From an uncultured delta proteobacterium (GTDB lineage Bacteria; Desulfobacterota; BSN033; UBA1163): a stretch of DNA of 64,000 nucleotides. The notes under the pieces were generated by a model. That model saw nothing but the letters and a program-made list of their open reading frames with translations. It made no database searches and had not been told where the DNA came from. The DNA is taken from NCBI GenBank assembly GCA_963827685.1, contig CAWHBU010000004.1, forward strand, positions 736,001 to 800,000, written 5' to 3'. This document shows positions 20,627 to 31,000 of this stretch, in pieces. The position numbers were made by a program, and so were the translations under genes. Positions within the stretch are counted from its first letter, which is position 1. Each line of letters opens with the position of its first letter.

Positions 20627-21520
20627 ATGAAACGAATATTATTGGTGGTTGGAGCCAAAGGAATGTTGGGAAGAGATCTGATGCGTCTCCTCCCTTCTTC
20701 TTTTCCCGATGACGAAGTCGTCGGATGGGACATCGAAGAAATCGACATCCAGAAAGAAGGTGACACCGCTTTTAAGATTGAAAAACTCCGACCAGACATC
20801 GTGGTTCACATCGCCGCCTACACCGATGTAGATGGGTGTGAAGCAAATGAGGACAAGGCTTTTTCCGTTAACGCAGAGGGAACGAAGCATGTGGCCCTGG
20901 CAACCACGAGATGCCGGGCGAAGATGGTCTACCTGAGCACCGACTATGTCTTCGATGGAAATAAGAGGGAGCCCTATGGGGAGAGTGATTCCCCACATCC
21001 TTTGAATGTCTATGGTCGCTCCAAATTGCAAGGAGAGCAATACGTTCGAGAATTGGTAAAAACCGCCCTGATCGTTCGGACCCAATGGCTCTATGGAAGA
21101 TACGGAAAAAATTTTGTGGCCTCGATTCTTCAACAAGCAAGAGAGAAGAAGGTGCTTTCCATCGTCAATGACCAGATTGGATCGCCCACTTACACCGTGG
21201 ATCTGGCCAAAGCCATTTCTGTTCTGATCCAGTTTGACGCCCAAGGGATTTTCCATGTGTCAAATAGTGATTTCTGTACATGGTATACCTTTGGACAAGC
21301 CATCTTGAATGTTTCGGGGATGAATGAGGTGAAAGTGATTCCCATCTCTTCAGAACAACTCGGTCGTCCGGCGGTTCGACCATCTTATTCTGTTTTCAAC
21401 TGTCAGAAGTTGAAAAAGGAGAGTGGATTGACTTTGCGACCATGGTCTGAGGCTCTGAAAGATTACCTCACTGCCTGTCGTCTGACGAGGGACCACCCGG
21501 AGGGCAGTGAACGGAGATAG
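20627..21520 (+). CDS. rmlD: dTDP-4-dehydrorhamnose reductase
   Basis: GAKGMLG, AAYTDVD, STDYVFDG, YGRSK, DQIGSPT. Confidence 0.96.
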   Translation: MKRILLVVGAKGMLGRDLMRLLPSSFPDDEVVGWDIEEIDIQKEGDTAFKIEKLRPDIVVHIAAYTDVDGCEANEDKAFSVNAEGTKHVALATTRCRAKMVYLSTDYVFDGNKREPYGESDSPHPLNVYGRSKLQGEQYVRELVKTALIVRTQWLYGRYGKNFVASILQQAREKKVLSIVNDQIGSPTYTVDLAKAISVLIQFDAQGIFHVSNSDFCTWYTFGQAILNVSGMNEVKVIPISSEQLGRPAVRPSYSVFNCQKLKKESGLTLRPWSEALKDYLTACRLTRDHPEGSERR

Positions 21521-21535
21521 GAAGAGAGAAAGGGG

Positions 21536-22840
21536 TTGGCAATGAACATCTGCGTTATCGGCACAGGTTATGTCGGATTGGTGACAGGAGCCTGTTTGGC
21601 AGAATTTGGGATGAATCTGATTTGCGTGGATAATGATCGTTCCAAGATCGAACTTCTCCAGCAGGGGAAAGTGACCATCCATGAACCGGGACTTGAAGAC
21701 CTGGTGGCAAAGAATATGAAGGAGGGAAGACTTTCTTTTTCGACGAGTATCGAGGAAGGTGTGAAATCGAGCCTGGTGATCTTCATCGCTGTGGGGACCC
21801 CTTCCAATTCCGATGGTTCTGCCGACCTTAAATTTGTGGAAGAAGTTGCCAAAGAAATTGCCCGATCCATGGATGGCTATAAGGTGGTCGTGGTGAAATC
21901 CACGGTTCCGGTTGGAACCTGCCGCCGAATGAAACAACTGATCAAAAACCATCAAGTCAGTCCGACTCCTTTCGATATCGTGTCCAATCCTGAATTTCAG
22001 AGGGAGGGATCGGCGATCGAAGATTTCATGCGGCCGGATCGGGTCACCATCGGTGCCGAAAGCGAACAGTCCATTGCCATCATGAAAGACATTTACAGCG
22101 CACTTTACATCATTGAGACTCCTTTTGTCATCACCTCTTTAGAGACGGCCGAGATGATCAAATACGCAGCCAACGCATTTTTAGCGACGAAAGTGAGCTT
22201 CATCAACGAGGTTGCCAACCTCTGTGAAGTGATGGGGGCGGATGTCCATCATGTAGCAAGGGCGATGGGCCTGGATGGGAGGATTGGAAAGAAGTTCCTC
22301 CACCCGGGTCCGGGTTATGGAGGATCCTGCTTCCCGAAGGACACCCGAGCCCTATCGAAGATGGCTCAGGAGAGAGGGTATTCGTTCAAAATTCTTGATG
22401 CGGTCATCAAAGTGAATGAGGAACAAAAGAAGAGGATGGTCGGTAAGATTATGGAGAAGGTAGGGGATCTGAAGGGTAAGACCATTGGGATCCTGGGCCT
22501 TTCCTTCAAGCCGAACACGGACGACGTCCGGGAATCCTCTTCGATCGTGATCATCCAGGGACTTCTGGACATGGGAGCCAAAGTGAAGGCCTTTGATCCA
22601 GCAGCCATGGAGGAAAGCAAAGCGATTTTTCCGGACATCGAGTATGGGAAGGATGCTTACGATGTGGCCAGAGGGGTCGATGCATTGGTTCTGGCGACAG
22701 AGTGGAATCAATTTCGGCGTTTGGATCTTCAACGCATCAAAGGACTGCTCAAAAACCCGGTCTTCGTTGATTTGAGAAATGTCTATGATCCGGATCAGAT
22801 GAAACGATTAGGGTTTCATTACTGCGGCGTTGGAAGATGA
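21536..22840 (+). CDS. ugd: UDP-glucose 6-dehydrogenase
   Basis: IGTGYVGL, KSTVPVG, SNPEF, GGSCFPKD, FKPNTDD. Confidence 0.95.
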   Translation: MAMNICVIGTGYVGLVTGACLAEFGMNLICVDNDRSKIELLQQGKVTIHEPGLEDLVAKNMKEGRLSFSTSIEEGVKSSLVIFIAVGTPSNSDGSADLKFVEEVAKEIARSMDGYKVVVVKSTVPVGTCRRMKQLIKNHQVSPTPFDIVSNPEFQREGSAIEDFMRPDRVTIGAESEQSIAIMKDIYSALYIIETPFVITSLETAEMIKYAANAFLATKVSFINEVANLCEVMGADVHHVARAMGLDGRIGKKFLHPGPGYGGSCFPKDTRALSKMAQERGYSFKILDAVIKVNEEQKKRMVGKIMEKVGDLKGKTIGILGLSFKPNTDDVRESSSIVIIQGLLDMGAKVKAFDPAAMEESKAIFPDIEYGKDAYDVARGVDALVLATEWNQFRRLDLQRIKGLLKNPVFVDLRNVYDPDQMKRLGFHYCGVGR

Positions 22841-23619
22841 GGGTGGTATTGGCTCTCTCTGAAAAGGACTGGATCTTTATTTCCGATGCTCATTTCACCG
22901 GACGAGACCCTGAACCCATAGAGGCATTTCTCAGATTCTTAGATTCAGAGAAAAAGCAGATCGGCCACCTGTTGATCCTGGGCGACCTTTTCGAATTCTT
23001 CTTCGGTTTTAAACATTTTTTCTCAACCGGGAAGTCTTCGGCCTTTACGGACTACCTTCCCGTGCTCGATAAGCTGCAAAGTCTGTATCACGAAGGAATC
23101 CGAATCAAATATTTCGAGGGGAATCACGATTTTTTTCTTCATTCCTTTTTTTCAGAACAATTTGGGATGGAGGTCGAAGTCTATCCCGGTGGGTGTGAGG
23201 AAAGGTTGGATGGAAAGAGAGCTTTTATCGCCCATGGCGATTTATCGAATCCAAGACAGTGGATTGATCGGGCTTTCCGGAGACTCCTCAAAAACCCGTT
23301 GACTTATCATCTCATCCAGGTGGCAGGTCCTCGGATTTCTCGACGGGTTGCCCGAAAGTTAAGTGACATGAGCTATCAAAAATATCATAACGATATCGAA
23401 CCCACTTCCCCTCCAGCTTTCAAGGCGTTTGCCCATCAGAAGTTTTTGGAAGGGTTTGAGATCGTCATCCTCGGCCACTCTCATTTTCCGGAGGAGGTTG
23501 AAGAACGGATTGATGGAAGGAAATGTCTTTATTATAATGTTGGCGATTGGATGGTCCACCGGTCCTTCTTGCGTTTTACCCCTCCTGATCGATTTGAGTT
23601 GGGTAGATATGTTGGTTGA
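22837..23619 (+). CDS. lpxH: UDP-2,3-diacylglucosamine hydrolase (LpxH-like)
   Basis: FISDAH, LGDLFE, EGNHD, AHGD, GHSH metallophosphoesterase motifs in an LPS cluster. Confidence 0.82.
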   Translation: MRVVLALSEKDWIFISDAHFTGRDPEPIEAFLRFLDSEKKQIGHLLILGDLFEFFFGFKHFFSTGKSSAFTDYLPVLDKLQSLYHEGIRIKYFEGNHDFFLHSFFSEQFGMEVEVYPGGCEERLDGKRAFIAHGDLSNPRQWIDRAFRRLLKNPLTYHLIQVAGPRISRRVARKLSDMSYQKYHNDIEPTSPPAFKAFAHQKFLEGFEIVILGHSHFPEEVEERIDGRKCLYYNVGDWMVHRSFLRFTPPDRFELGRYVG

Positions 23620-23710
23620 GAAAGATAGCGGAATGAATTCGAATTTTAGATTTCGGATTTTGGAATTTAGTTCCACATTCCACAATCCGCATTCCGCAAT
23701 CGAGTGAGAT

Positions 23711-24313
23711 ATGGCAAACAAGGCAGTCTTTCTTGATCGGGACGGAACCATCAATGAAGAGATGGGATATGTGAACCATCTCGAACGGTTTCATCTCCTT
23801 CCCCGTGTGGGTCAGGCGATTCGATTGTTGAACCAACATAAATGGAAAGCGGTGGTGATCACCAATCAGTCCGGTGTGGCGAGAGGATATTTCCCCGAAT
23901 CCCTGATTCATCAGGTCCACCAAAAGATGCGGGACCTCCTAAAGAGGGAGGGAGCTTATCTCGATGGAATCTACTACTGTCCGCATCATCCTGATATCGG
24001 GATTCCTCCTTATCGGCAGAAGTGCCGATGTCGAAAGCCGGCAACGGGATTGATCGAAGAGGCTGTGAAGGAATTGGATCTTGACTGCTCGCAAAGTTAT
24101 ATGGTCGGGGATCGGGGGTTGGATATTGAGTTTGCCCACCAAGTGGGAGCCAGGGCGATCCTGGTCCTCACCGGATATGGAAAGGGAGAATGGGAATATT
24201 TTAGGGACCAGTGGAAGGTAAAGCCCGATTATGTGGCCGCAGATCTCTTGGAGGCGGCTCAGTGGATTCTTCTTCAAGAATCGCATAAAACGAAATTAGA
24301 AAAAGGAGAATAA
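23711..24313 (+). CDS. gmhB: D-glycero-D-manno-heptose 1,7-bisphosphate phosphatase
   Basis: FLDRDGTIN, TNQSGVARG, CPHHP, CRKP, GDR. Confidence 0.9.
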   Translation: MANKAVFLDRDGTINEEMGYVNHLERFHLLPRVGQAIRLLNQHKWKAVVITNQSGVARGYFPESLIHQVHQKMRDLLKREGAYLDGIYYCPHHPDIGIPPYRQKCRCRKPATGLIEEAVKELDLDCSQSYMVGDRGLDIEFAHQVGARAILVLTGYGKGEWEYFRDQWKVKPDYVAADLLEAAQWILLQESHKTKLEKGE

Positions 24314-24314
24314 A

Positions 24315-24497
24315 ATGCCCATCAGTAAAGAACTCTTGGAAATTTTGGCTTGCCCGAAATGCAAGGGAGATATTTTCTTGAATCGCAAAGGAGATGGCTT
24401 AATCTGCAAAGCCTGTCACTTGCTCTATCCCATTAAAGATGATATCCCCGTGATGTTGATTGATGAGGCCCTTCCCTATCAAGGAGAAGAGGGGTAG
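24315..24497 (+). CDS. Trm112/YcaR family protein
   Basis: LLEILACPKCKG...YPIKDDIPVML. Confidence 0.92.
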   Translation: MPISKELLEILACPKCKGDIFLNRKGDGLICKACHLLYPIKDDIPVMLIDEALPYQGEEG

Positions 24498-24576
24498 ACC
24501 AATTCGGATTTCGGAATGCGGACTGCGGATTTGTAGTTTCAATTTAAAATTTGAAATTTGAAATCTAAAATCTAAA

Positions 24577-25473
24577 ATGACCTCTTTTCTCATCTACTTG
24601 GTCCTTAGAGCGTTCAGCTTCGTTGCTAATCTCCTTCCAGAAGATTTCGCGCTCTGGCTGGGGAGGCAGATGGGGAATGCGATATACTACCTGGATCTGG
24701 AACATCGAAAGGTAGCCTTTCAAAATCTTCATACTGCTTTTGGTCAGGAGAAATCAGCGAGTGAGATGCGAGGCATTGCCAGGAGGGCCTTCCAAAATCT
24801 GGGAATGATGGCCGTTGAGTTCTTTCGAATTCCCAGGATGGATGTGAAAACATTCAAGGAAAGAGTTAAAATAGAAGGGTTGGAGGAGGCACTGAGGCTT
24901 CTCGAGAAGAAGAAGGGGGCACTTCTTCTCATCGGCCATTTCGGGAATTGGGAATTAATGGGTTTGATGTCGAAGGTGATCGGAAGTCCGATCATGGTAA
25001 TTGCGAAACCCATGAAAAGGAATGAATGGGTGGATCAGTTCATTACAAAAATTAGAAACGCGTCAGGCCTTGAAGTCGTTTCCACCATAAACGCGAGCAG
25101 AAAAGTGATGAAGGCACTTTCTCAAAATCGAGTGGTCGGGATCTTAATTGATCAGAGAGCGAAGCGAAGCGAAGGCATATGGGTTGACTTTTTTGGAAGA
25201 AAGGCACCGACAACCCCTGGTTTAGCTGTCCTGGCAATGAAGACCCGTGCTTCTGTTCTGCCGGTTTTTTTGGTTCGAGATGGGTTTCAAAAACATCGTC
25301 TCATTATTAAGGAGCCGCTTGTATTGATCCATACCGGTGATATCAAGAAAGATGTGGAAGCCAATACGCAACTCTTCAACCATACTCTTGAATCAATGAT
25401 CCGTCAATACCCTGATCAATGGTTCTGGGTGCATCGGAGATGGGAGAGAAAAGCGAGGGTTTATCACCGATGA
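24577..25473 (+). CDS. lpxL: Lipid A late acyltransferase (LpxL/HtrB family)
   Basis: GHFGNWE, ILIDQ, FFG, PDQWFWVHRRW. Confidence 0.88.
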   Translation: MTSFLIYLVLRAFSFVANLLPEDFALWLGRQMGNAIYYLDLEHRKVAFQNLHTAFGQEKSASEMRGIARRAFQNLGMMAVEFFRIPRMDVKTFKERVKIEGLEEALRLLEKKKGALLLIGHFGNWELMGLMSKVIGSPIMVIAKPMKRNEWVDQFITKIRNASGLEVVSTINASRKVMKALSQNRVVGILIDQRAKRSEGIWVDFFGRKAPTTPGLAVLAMKTRASVLPVFLVRDGFQKHRLIIKEPLVLIHTGDIKKDVEANTQLFNHTLESMIRQYPDQWFWVHRRWERKARVYHR

Positions 25474-25754
25474 AAAACCTTCCCCAGAAAAGAAGTGAGA
25501 TCTCTCCAACAAGAAACCCGAAGAGCGAGAAGCACACTTACCTTCGCGTTGGGGATAAGGTGTTTCATAAGAAGTTTAAATCTTGGGGAGGTGGGATCGT
25601 GCTCGAAACATGGTCCTCTGATTTGCCCGGTGGGACGTGTTTTGTTCGAATCCTCTTCCAAGATGGAAAACAGAGGGTCTTCGATAATAATTTTGATAGC
25701 GTCTGCTGCTGTTGTCATACAGGAATCACACTCATTAATCGCGTCGAATTATAG
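25470..25754 (+). CDS. Small Tudor-like (DUF3553-like) protein
   Basis: YLRVGDKVFH...WGGGIV; ATGA overlap with the lpxL stop. Confidence 0.6.
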   Translation: MKNLPQKRSEISPTRNPKSEKHTYLRVGDKVFHKKFKSWGGGIVLETWSSDLPGGTCFVRILFQDGKQRVFDNNFDSVCCCCHTGITLINRVEL

Positions 25755-26314
25755 ATTCGTTTCTTTCTCCTCCGAATTGACATCAAATCAGTTCAAGAAA
25801 TCATTTCTCATTCTTGGCCCCTTCCGACTCATTTCATCTTGTGGACATTGCAGGCTTGCCAACTCTGCTTCTTTCTCCTTGATTCACGTTTCAACGGGCT
25901 GTTGCTCAAATAACTTTTGAAAGCATTATACATACAGCATATAAGGATGGCAATACAACTTTATTGGATGTTTTTATGAGATTTCGGACTCCCCAGAAGA
26001 CGGGGGAGAGGGAGAGACTGGGGGCAAAAGATCATAGAACCCTGCAAATCAGGCCCTTTAGATATTCTCTTTCGGGATGGCATGGATTGATCAGATGATC
26101 CGAGGGATGTCCCATTCGACCTATGGGGAAAGGCGATGGTCACATTTTGAAGGGTTTAAGAAAAAAGGGGTTAAAGTTTTTGGGCTACGACTATTGGTTA
26201 GGAAATAAGTTTCAAATCCCCCCAACCCCCCTTTTCTAAAGGGGGGGCGAGGCGGGATTGGCGATTTTTCTCGCCAAGTGCGGGATTCTTGGTGGCGAAG
26301 CCGTCATGATCGAT

Positions 26315-26653
26315 TCACTCCTTCCCTTCACTTAAATACTTTCCGAGGAGTTCACGGGTGTGTTCGTCATCGTGACAGTAAACGCACAGGTTCTCCCAGT
26401 TCGATCCATCGGGAGGATTATTCAAGTGATTTCCATCTTTGTGGTGGACCGTCAAGAGATGCCTCGTCTTTTCATCGAACTCTCTTCCGCATTTGGCACA
26501 GATGAGGCCATGTATCTTGAGGGAGCGTTCTCGATAATCACTTTGTGGAGGCGCGGTTTTCTTCAATTTCTGAAGCGTCTCATCAATGGACTGATAATCT
26601 TCTGTCTTTTGAGGCGGTCGCTTATGATGAATTCGATAAGGTCTGTTTTTCAT
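26315..26653 (-). CDS. yajD: YajD-family HNH nuclease
   Basis: YRERSLK, CAKCGREF, LTVHHKDGNH.NNPPDGSNWENLC.YCHDDEH. Confidence 0.9.
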   Translation of the reverse strand: MKNRPYRIHHKRPPQKTEDYQSIDETLQKLKKTAPPQSDYRERSLKIHGLICAKCGREFDEKTRHLLTVHHKDGNHLNNPPDGSNWENLCVYCHDDEHTRELLGKYLSEGKE

Positions 26654-26798
26654 GCAAAAGACTTCCTTTTTAATTAAGAATAATTGAGGACTCCCCTCAC
26701 CCTCCCCCTCTCCCCCGCTGGGAAGAGGGGGAGGGTGAGGGGGTCTAACATGAGGCTAATTTCTGTTCCATTGCTTATGCGAAAGTCAATACTTGTGT

Positions 26799-27401
26799 TT
26801 ACTCGGTGACAATGTCAACCGTCATTTCGATTCTATCCTTTGGATTATCGTTGACATCTCTGGGTTTGGATACAATTTTATCCACGACCTCCATTCCCTT
26901 CACCACCTCACCAAACACGGTATATTGTCCATCCAGAAAAGAACTATCGGCCACACAGATGAAGAATTGCGAACCGGCACTGTCCGGGTGGGCAGACCTT
27001 GCCATGGAAAGCGTTCCTCGTCGATGAGGTTTTTTGTTAAACTCAGCTTTGATTTGATAGCCCGGACCTCCCATACCATGTTTTGAGCGGTCCGGGTTTT
27101 TTGAGTTTGGATCCCCTCCTTGGATGACGAACCTGGGCACTACTCTGTGGAAAGTCGTCCCATTGTAAAAACCTTTTTTGGTAAGCTCGATGAAGTTATT
27201 CACGTGATTGGGTGCGACTTCGGGAAAAAACTTTAAAGTAATATCTCCTAAATTTGTGCGGATGATCGCTTGCTGTTCGGACATCTTCTTGACCTCCTCA
27301 GACGAGAATTTTTTGTATCGCACTTCTTGTGAAAAAGATTCAGACATGAATAGGGTTAGGAAAAACGCAAGAAATATCGGGATCAACAAGATGTTTTTCA
27401 T
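26799..27401 (-). CDS. Cyclophilin-type peptidyl-prolyl isomerase, exported
   Basis: Signal peptide; FHRVV, IQGGDP, LSMAR, SAGSQFFI, YTVFGEV. Confidence 0.95.
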   Translation of the reverse strand: MKNILLIPIFLAFFLTLFMSESFSQEVRYKKFSSEEVKKMSEQQAIIRTNLGDITLKFFPEVAPNHVNNFIELTKKGFYNGTTFHRVVPRFVIQGGDPNSKNPDRSKHGMGGPGYQIKAEFNKKPHRRGTLSMARSAHPDSAGSQFFICVADSSFLDGQYTVFGEVVKGMEVVDKIVSKPRDVNDNPKDRIEMTVDIVTE

Positions 27402-27471
27402 TTGATCGCCTCTCTATTCTCTTCCTGATTTATTACTCGGAGCAGATGATAGTTTGGATTGCGACAAAAAT

Positions 27472-27609
27472 GTCATTGCGAGCGCAGCCCTGCACCCGAT
27501 GGTTTTCAGGGCGGAGCGAAGCAATCCCTTGAGATTGCCACGCTTGCGCGCCGTAGCGCTTCAGCGCGCAGGCACGTTGTCCCGCCAAAGCGGGACTCCT
27601 CGCAATGAC
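27472..27609. repeat. GTCATTGCGAG...CTCGCAATGAC palindromic element with nested hairpins
   Basis: Perfect 11-bp terminal IR; inner segment CGCTTGCGCGCCG.AGCGCT.CAGCGC also occurs at about 9616-9645. Confidence 0.7.
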
Positions 27610-27747
27610 CGCATTTGTTCTTTCGAAGTAAATTACTTCATGCTCCCTTTAATAAATTCCAGTCGCAGGGTTATTACCAGACCTCAACGTTATCTCTGTT
27701 CTGCTTTGAGAAAGTTTCCTTCTCCCCTTCGTCGAGGAGATCAATTC

Positions 27748-28119
27748 TCACTTTTTTTCTGTTGGGTAACTGGCCTTAAGCCATTCCCTCCACCCACCTT
27801 TGAGAGCATAGACCTTCGTATATCCCATTCCCATCAGCTTTTGTGCCGCACGGGCACTGGTGCCTTCGTGGGGTCAGGCGCAGTAGAAGACGAGGGTCTT
27901 ATCCTTGAGATACTTATTCGCCCAGGAATCAATGGCTTCAGGATCTTCTCGAACAGCCCCTTTAATCTTCAAGTCGCTACCTGTCCAGTCCATACCGTGG
28001 CGGACATCTATGATGATCAAATTAGGGTTGCCGAGCATTGCCTTGAGCTCTTCCTTCGTCATTCTGGGGGCATCCGTAGACTTTGCCAATGTCGTGCATC
28101 CCCCAACCATAAATAACAT
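27748..28119 (-). pseudogene. Rhodanese-like seleno(lipo)protein, main part; 5' end separated by IS256
   Basis: IIDVR...IKGAV...LVFYCA-TGA(27874-76)-PHEGTSARAAQKLMGMGYTKVYALKGGWREW...: the rhodanese fold continues 41 codons past TGA; SECIS-like hairpin GTGCC-CGTGC-GGCAC. Confidence 0.85.
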
Positions 28120-28127
28120 AAATAAAA

Positions 28128-29573
28128 GAGGGTGTGCTAAATTTAGTTGAAATTTGAGAAGTGGCTCCTAAAATGGTGGTAATCTCTTACTTTGGGAAGA
28201 AAAAGAAAAACCACCAAGAAAGGAGCCAGTGATGGAGAAGATATTACGGATTGGTAGAGGTGTCAAGGTTAGGCGGGCGCGGGTGAAAGAGATTTGTGAT
28301 AGGGGATTGAAGCAGATGGATGTGGATATGAAGATAGAGTTAATCCAGGCATTGATCCCCGTAGGGTTGTGGCATGTGAAGGAGGTTTTGGAGGAAGAAG
28401 TCAGAAGTTTAGCTGGGGAAAGATATAAGCGCCGGGGGGTTCCTGGGTATGATCGTTGGGGGAGCCAAGGGGGGTCAGTTTATCTATCGGATCAGAAGCT
28501 TCCGATCTTGGTGCCAAGGGTGAGAGATAGGCGTGGGGGGAAAGAGGTACGGTTAAAGAGTTATGAGCGGTTACAGGAGCCTCGTGGGGCAGATGAAGGG
28601 GTATTGAGACGAGTTCTCCATGGATTAAGTTGTCGGAACTATGAGGAGTGTGCGGAAGCGGTGCCGGAGGCTTTTGGTTTGAGTGGTTCGACGATTTCGA
28701 GGCGATACATTCGAGTCAGCGCAAAAGCGCTCAAGGAGCTTTGCGAGCGTCGATTGGAGGGGTATGATTTTGTAGCATTGATTCTGGATGGGAAGAGTTT
28801 TGGTGCAGATGAGATGATTTTGGTATTGGGGATTACCGTCAAAGGGGAGAAGATTCTTTTAGGATTTATTCAGGCGGGGACGGAGAATGAGCGGGTTGGC
28901 CGGGAAATGCTCCAGGGGTTGCTGGAGCGTGGGCTAGAGATGGAAGAAGGGTTTTTATGTGTGATTGATGGATCGAAAGGGTTGAGGAAAGCGGTGTATG
29001 AAGTTTTTGGGAATAAAGCCTTGGTGCAGCGATGCCAGTGGCACAAGCGGGAGAATGTGGTGAGTTATCTTCCGAAGGCGATGCAGGCTTCGATGAGGCG
29101 GAAGCTTCAAGAGGCCTATGAGGAGCCCATCTATGAAAGGGCGAAGGAGAGACTGTTAAAGATTCGTAAGGAACTGCAGCTGCTCAACCGATCGGCGGTC
29201 AATAGTTTAGACGAAGGATGTGAAGAGACCTTGACGCTGCATCGTTTGGGACTCCTTAGAGAATGTGGAATCAGCTTTAAAACCACGAACTGTATCGAAT
29301 CCTTGATGGCGCTCATTGGTCAGAAGACCGACAAGGTCGATTATTGGAAGAATAGTGATCAGAAGCATCGGTGGTTAGCCGCAGCCCTTTTAGATATTGA
29401 GCCGAGACTTAGAAAGGTCAAGGGTTACAGATATCTTCCACAGTTAAGAATTTCTATCCAGAGGGAGATTGCGAGACAGGGAGGAAAACAAGAAATGCCG
29501 AAGGTGGCGGAGGCGGCCTGATGAACTCAACAAGGAGCCATTATCGAATTTCAACTAAAAAAGGTATTGACTC
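28128..29573 (+). mobile_element. Complete IS256-family insertion sequence
   Basis: Imperfect IRs GAG-N11-TTTAGTTGAAATT; 8-bp target duplication AAATAAAA (28120-27 and 29574-81). Confidence 0.92.
28229..29521 (+). CDS. IS256 (Mutator-type) transposase
   Basis: VPRVRD, ILDG, IDGSKGL, QRCQWHK, TTNCIES. Confidence 0.95.
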   Translation: MMEKILRIGRGVKVRRARVKEICDRGLKQMDVDMKIELIQALIPVGLWHVKEVLEEEVRSLAGERYKRRGVPGYDRWGSQGGSVYLSDQKLPILVPRVRDRRGGKEVRLKSYERLQEPRGADEGVLRRVLHGLSCRNYEECAEAVPEAFGLSGSTISRRYIRVSAKALKELCERRLEGYDFVALILDGKSFGADEMILVLGITVKGEKILLGFIQAGTENERVGREMLQGLLERGLEMEEGFLCVIDGSKGLRKAVYEVFGNKALVQRCQWHKRENVVSYLPKAMQASMRRKLQEAYEEPIYERAKERLLKIRKELQLLNRSAVNSLDEGCEETLTLHRLGLLRECGISFKTTNCIESLMALIGQKTDKVDYWKNSDQKHRWLAAALLDIEPRLRKVKGYRYLPQLRISIQREIARQGGKQEMPKVAEAA

Positions 29574-29615
29574 AAATAAAATGATTAAGGTGGCGATAAA
29601 TAATCTCTTTTTCGT
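29574..29615 (-). pseudogene. 5' fragment (signal peptide) of the rhodanese gene
   Basis: AAGGAGG RBS then ACG-KKRLFIATLIILF; joins in frame to MLFMVGGC at 28119 once the IS and one TSD copy are removed. Confidence 0.8.
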
Positions 29616-29866
29616 CCTATACCTCCTTGCTTGAATAGCGCAATTCCTTGGAACGAAGAAATGAATATAAACTAAACTTAACAAACGAACACCCCGAAAT
29701 CAACCGAAATCAAAAAAGGGGGGATAAAAATCGCTTGTTTAGGTACGAAAAATTTGGTATCTATGTATCTATGGAAAGGCGCTAAGCGCTTAGCCTGCCT
29801 TCGCCGAAACGCTTCGTGCAGGCAGGCGCTATGCGCATAGCGAGTTTAATTCGACGAAGGAGGTAG

Positions 29867-31000
29867 TTGGTTATGATTACTGTCCCAGCTCATAAAGTTC
29901 GACAATTTGGAGTGGAGTTTTACCAAACTTCTTTTACATCTGCGGATATTCAGAAGTTGGTTCAATTTGAAGTCTTAAATTATCCAACGGTGGGGGAAGT
30001 GGAGAAACGACGAAAAACCGGGAAAACCTCAGCCATCAATTGGGAGTTGCTGGAAAAACGGATCGGGAGGAGCGAGGTGGCCTTTCAGAGGCCGATGATT
30101 CGTAAGAAGATTCGTGAATTGGTGCAATATTATTCGGATTGTCAGGAGGCCCGAAATCTCCCTGCCATCCCGGGTGCCGTGATCATGATCACAGAGAAAC
30201 GGCTCAAATTCTCACCCGCCGGGAAAAATCCCAACCTGGGGATGCTTCAGATTCCAGAAGAAACTGGAATCCTGCGCTGTCTGGACGGTCAGCACCGATT
30301 GTTAGCCCTCAGCGCTCAAACCGAAAAAGATGTGGAGATCGATGTCCCTGCCGTCCTCTTCGACAGCCTGGATCCTCGTCAGACCGTCGAGCTTTTTGTC
30401 ACGATCAATGCCAAACATACCCGGCTCAATCCCTCTCATCTGATTTCGTTGGCGGGCCGAAGGCTTTACGCAGACCGGTATCAGGCCTTGGCTCATGACA
30501 TCATCCGTGAGCTCAATGAGGGGGAGAGTTCTCCCTTACGGGGGGAGATCAAAATATTGGGTGTCGGGAAGGGCAGAGTTTCTCAGGCCTCTCTGGCCGA
30601 TGAGATGGTGGACCTTTTTAGTAACATTGAGAAGCTTGGAGGAAAGGAGCGATTTAAGGATTTCGAACAGAACGGGAAACGATTTTTTCTGAACTACATG
30701 AAGGCCCTCTTAGCAGTCTTCCCAAAGGCATGGGCAGGCCGAAAGTATAGCATTAGAACCGGGGCAGCCCTCCGGGCCTTCGTTCGCGTGAGTCCCGATG
30801 TCATGGCACGATCGAAGGAGTTAAAAAATGACTCCTTCGACTATTTCGGCATACGGGAGGCGATCAAACCCTGGGGCGAGAGGATTGGAGAAGGCCGGTT
30901 CGAGACAGAGGGAGAATGGCGAAAGAAGCTGGCAGGAGGGACAAGGGGCACGGTAGAACTTCTCACCCGGGAACTCCGAGACGCCTTGAAGGCCCAATAA
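29867..31000 (+). CDS. DGQHR domain protein (DndB/ParB-like superfamily)
   Basis: FQR, CLDGQHRL, LFVTIN. Confidence 0.88.
   Translation: MVMITVPAHKVRQFGVEFYQTSFTSADIQKLVQFEVLNYPTVGEVEKRRKTGKTSAINWELLEKRIGRSEVAFQRPMIRKKIRELVQYYSDCQEARNLPAIPGAVIMITEKRLKFSPAGKNPNLGMLQIPEETGILRCLDGQHRLLALSAQTEKDVEIDVPAVLFDSLDPRQTVELFVTINAKHTRLNPSHLISLAGRRLYADRYQALAHDIIRELNEGESSPLRGEIKILGVGKGRVSQASLADEMVDLFSNIEKLGGKERFKDFEQNGKRFFLNYMKALLAVFPKAWAGRKYSIRTGAALRAFVRVSPDVMARSKELKNDSFDYFGIREAIKPWGERIGEGRFETEGEWRKKLAGGTRGTVELLTRELRDALKAQ

Noticed and set aside
20521-20712. ORF MSSMNWINPMNPINP... (also 11907-12128 and 56818-57009)
   Set aside because: Translations of 9-mer or 6-mer repeat arrays
27454-28116. 220-aa plus-strand ORF
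   Set aside because: Runs through a palindromic repeat and lies antisense to the rhodanese gene
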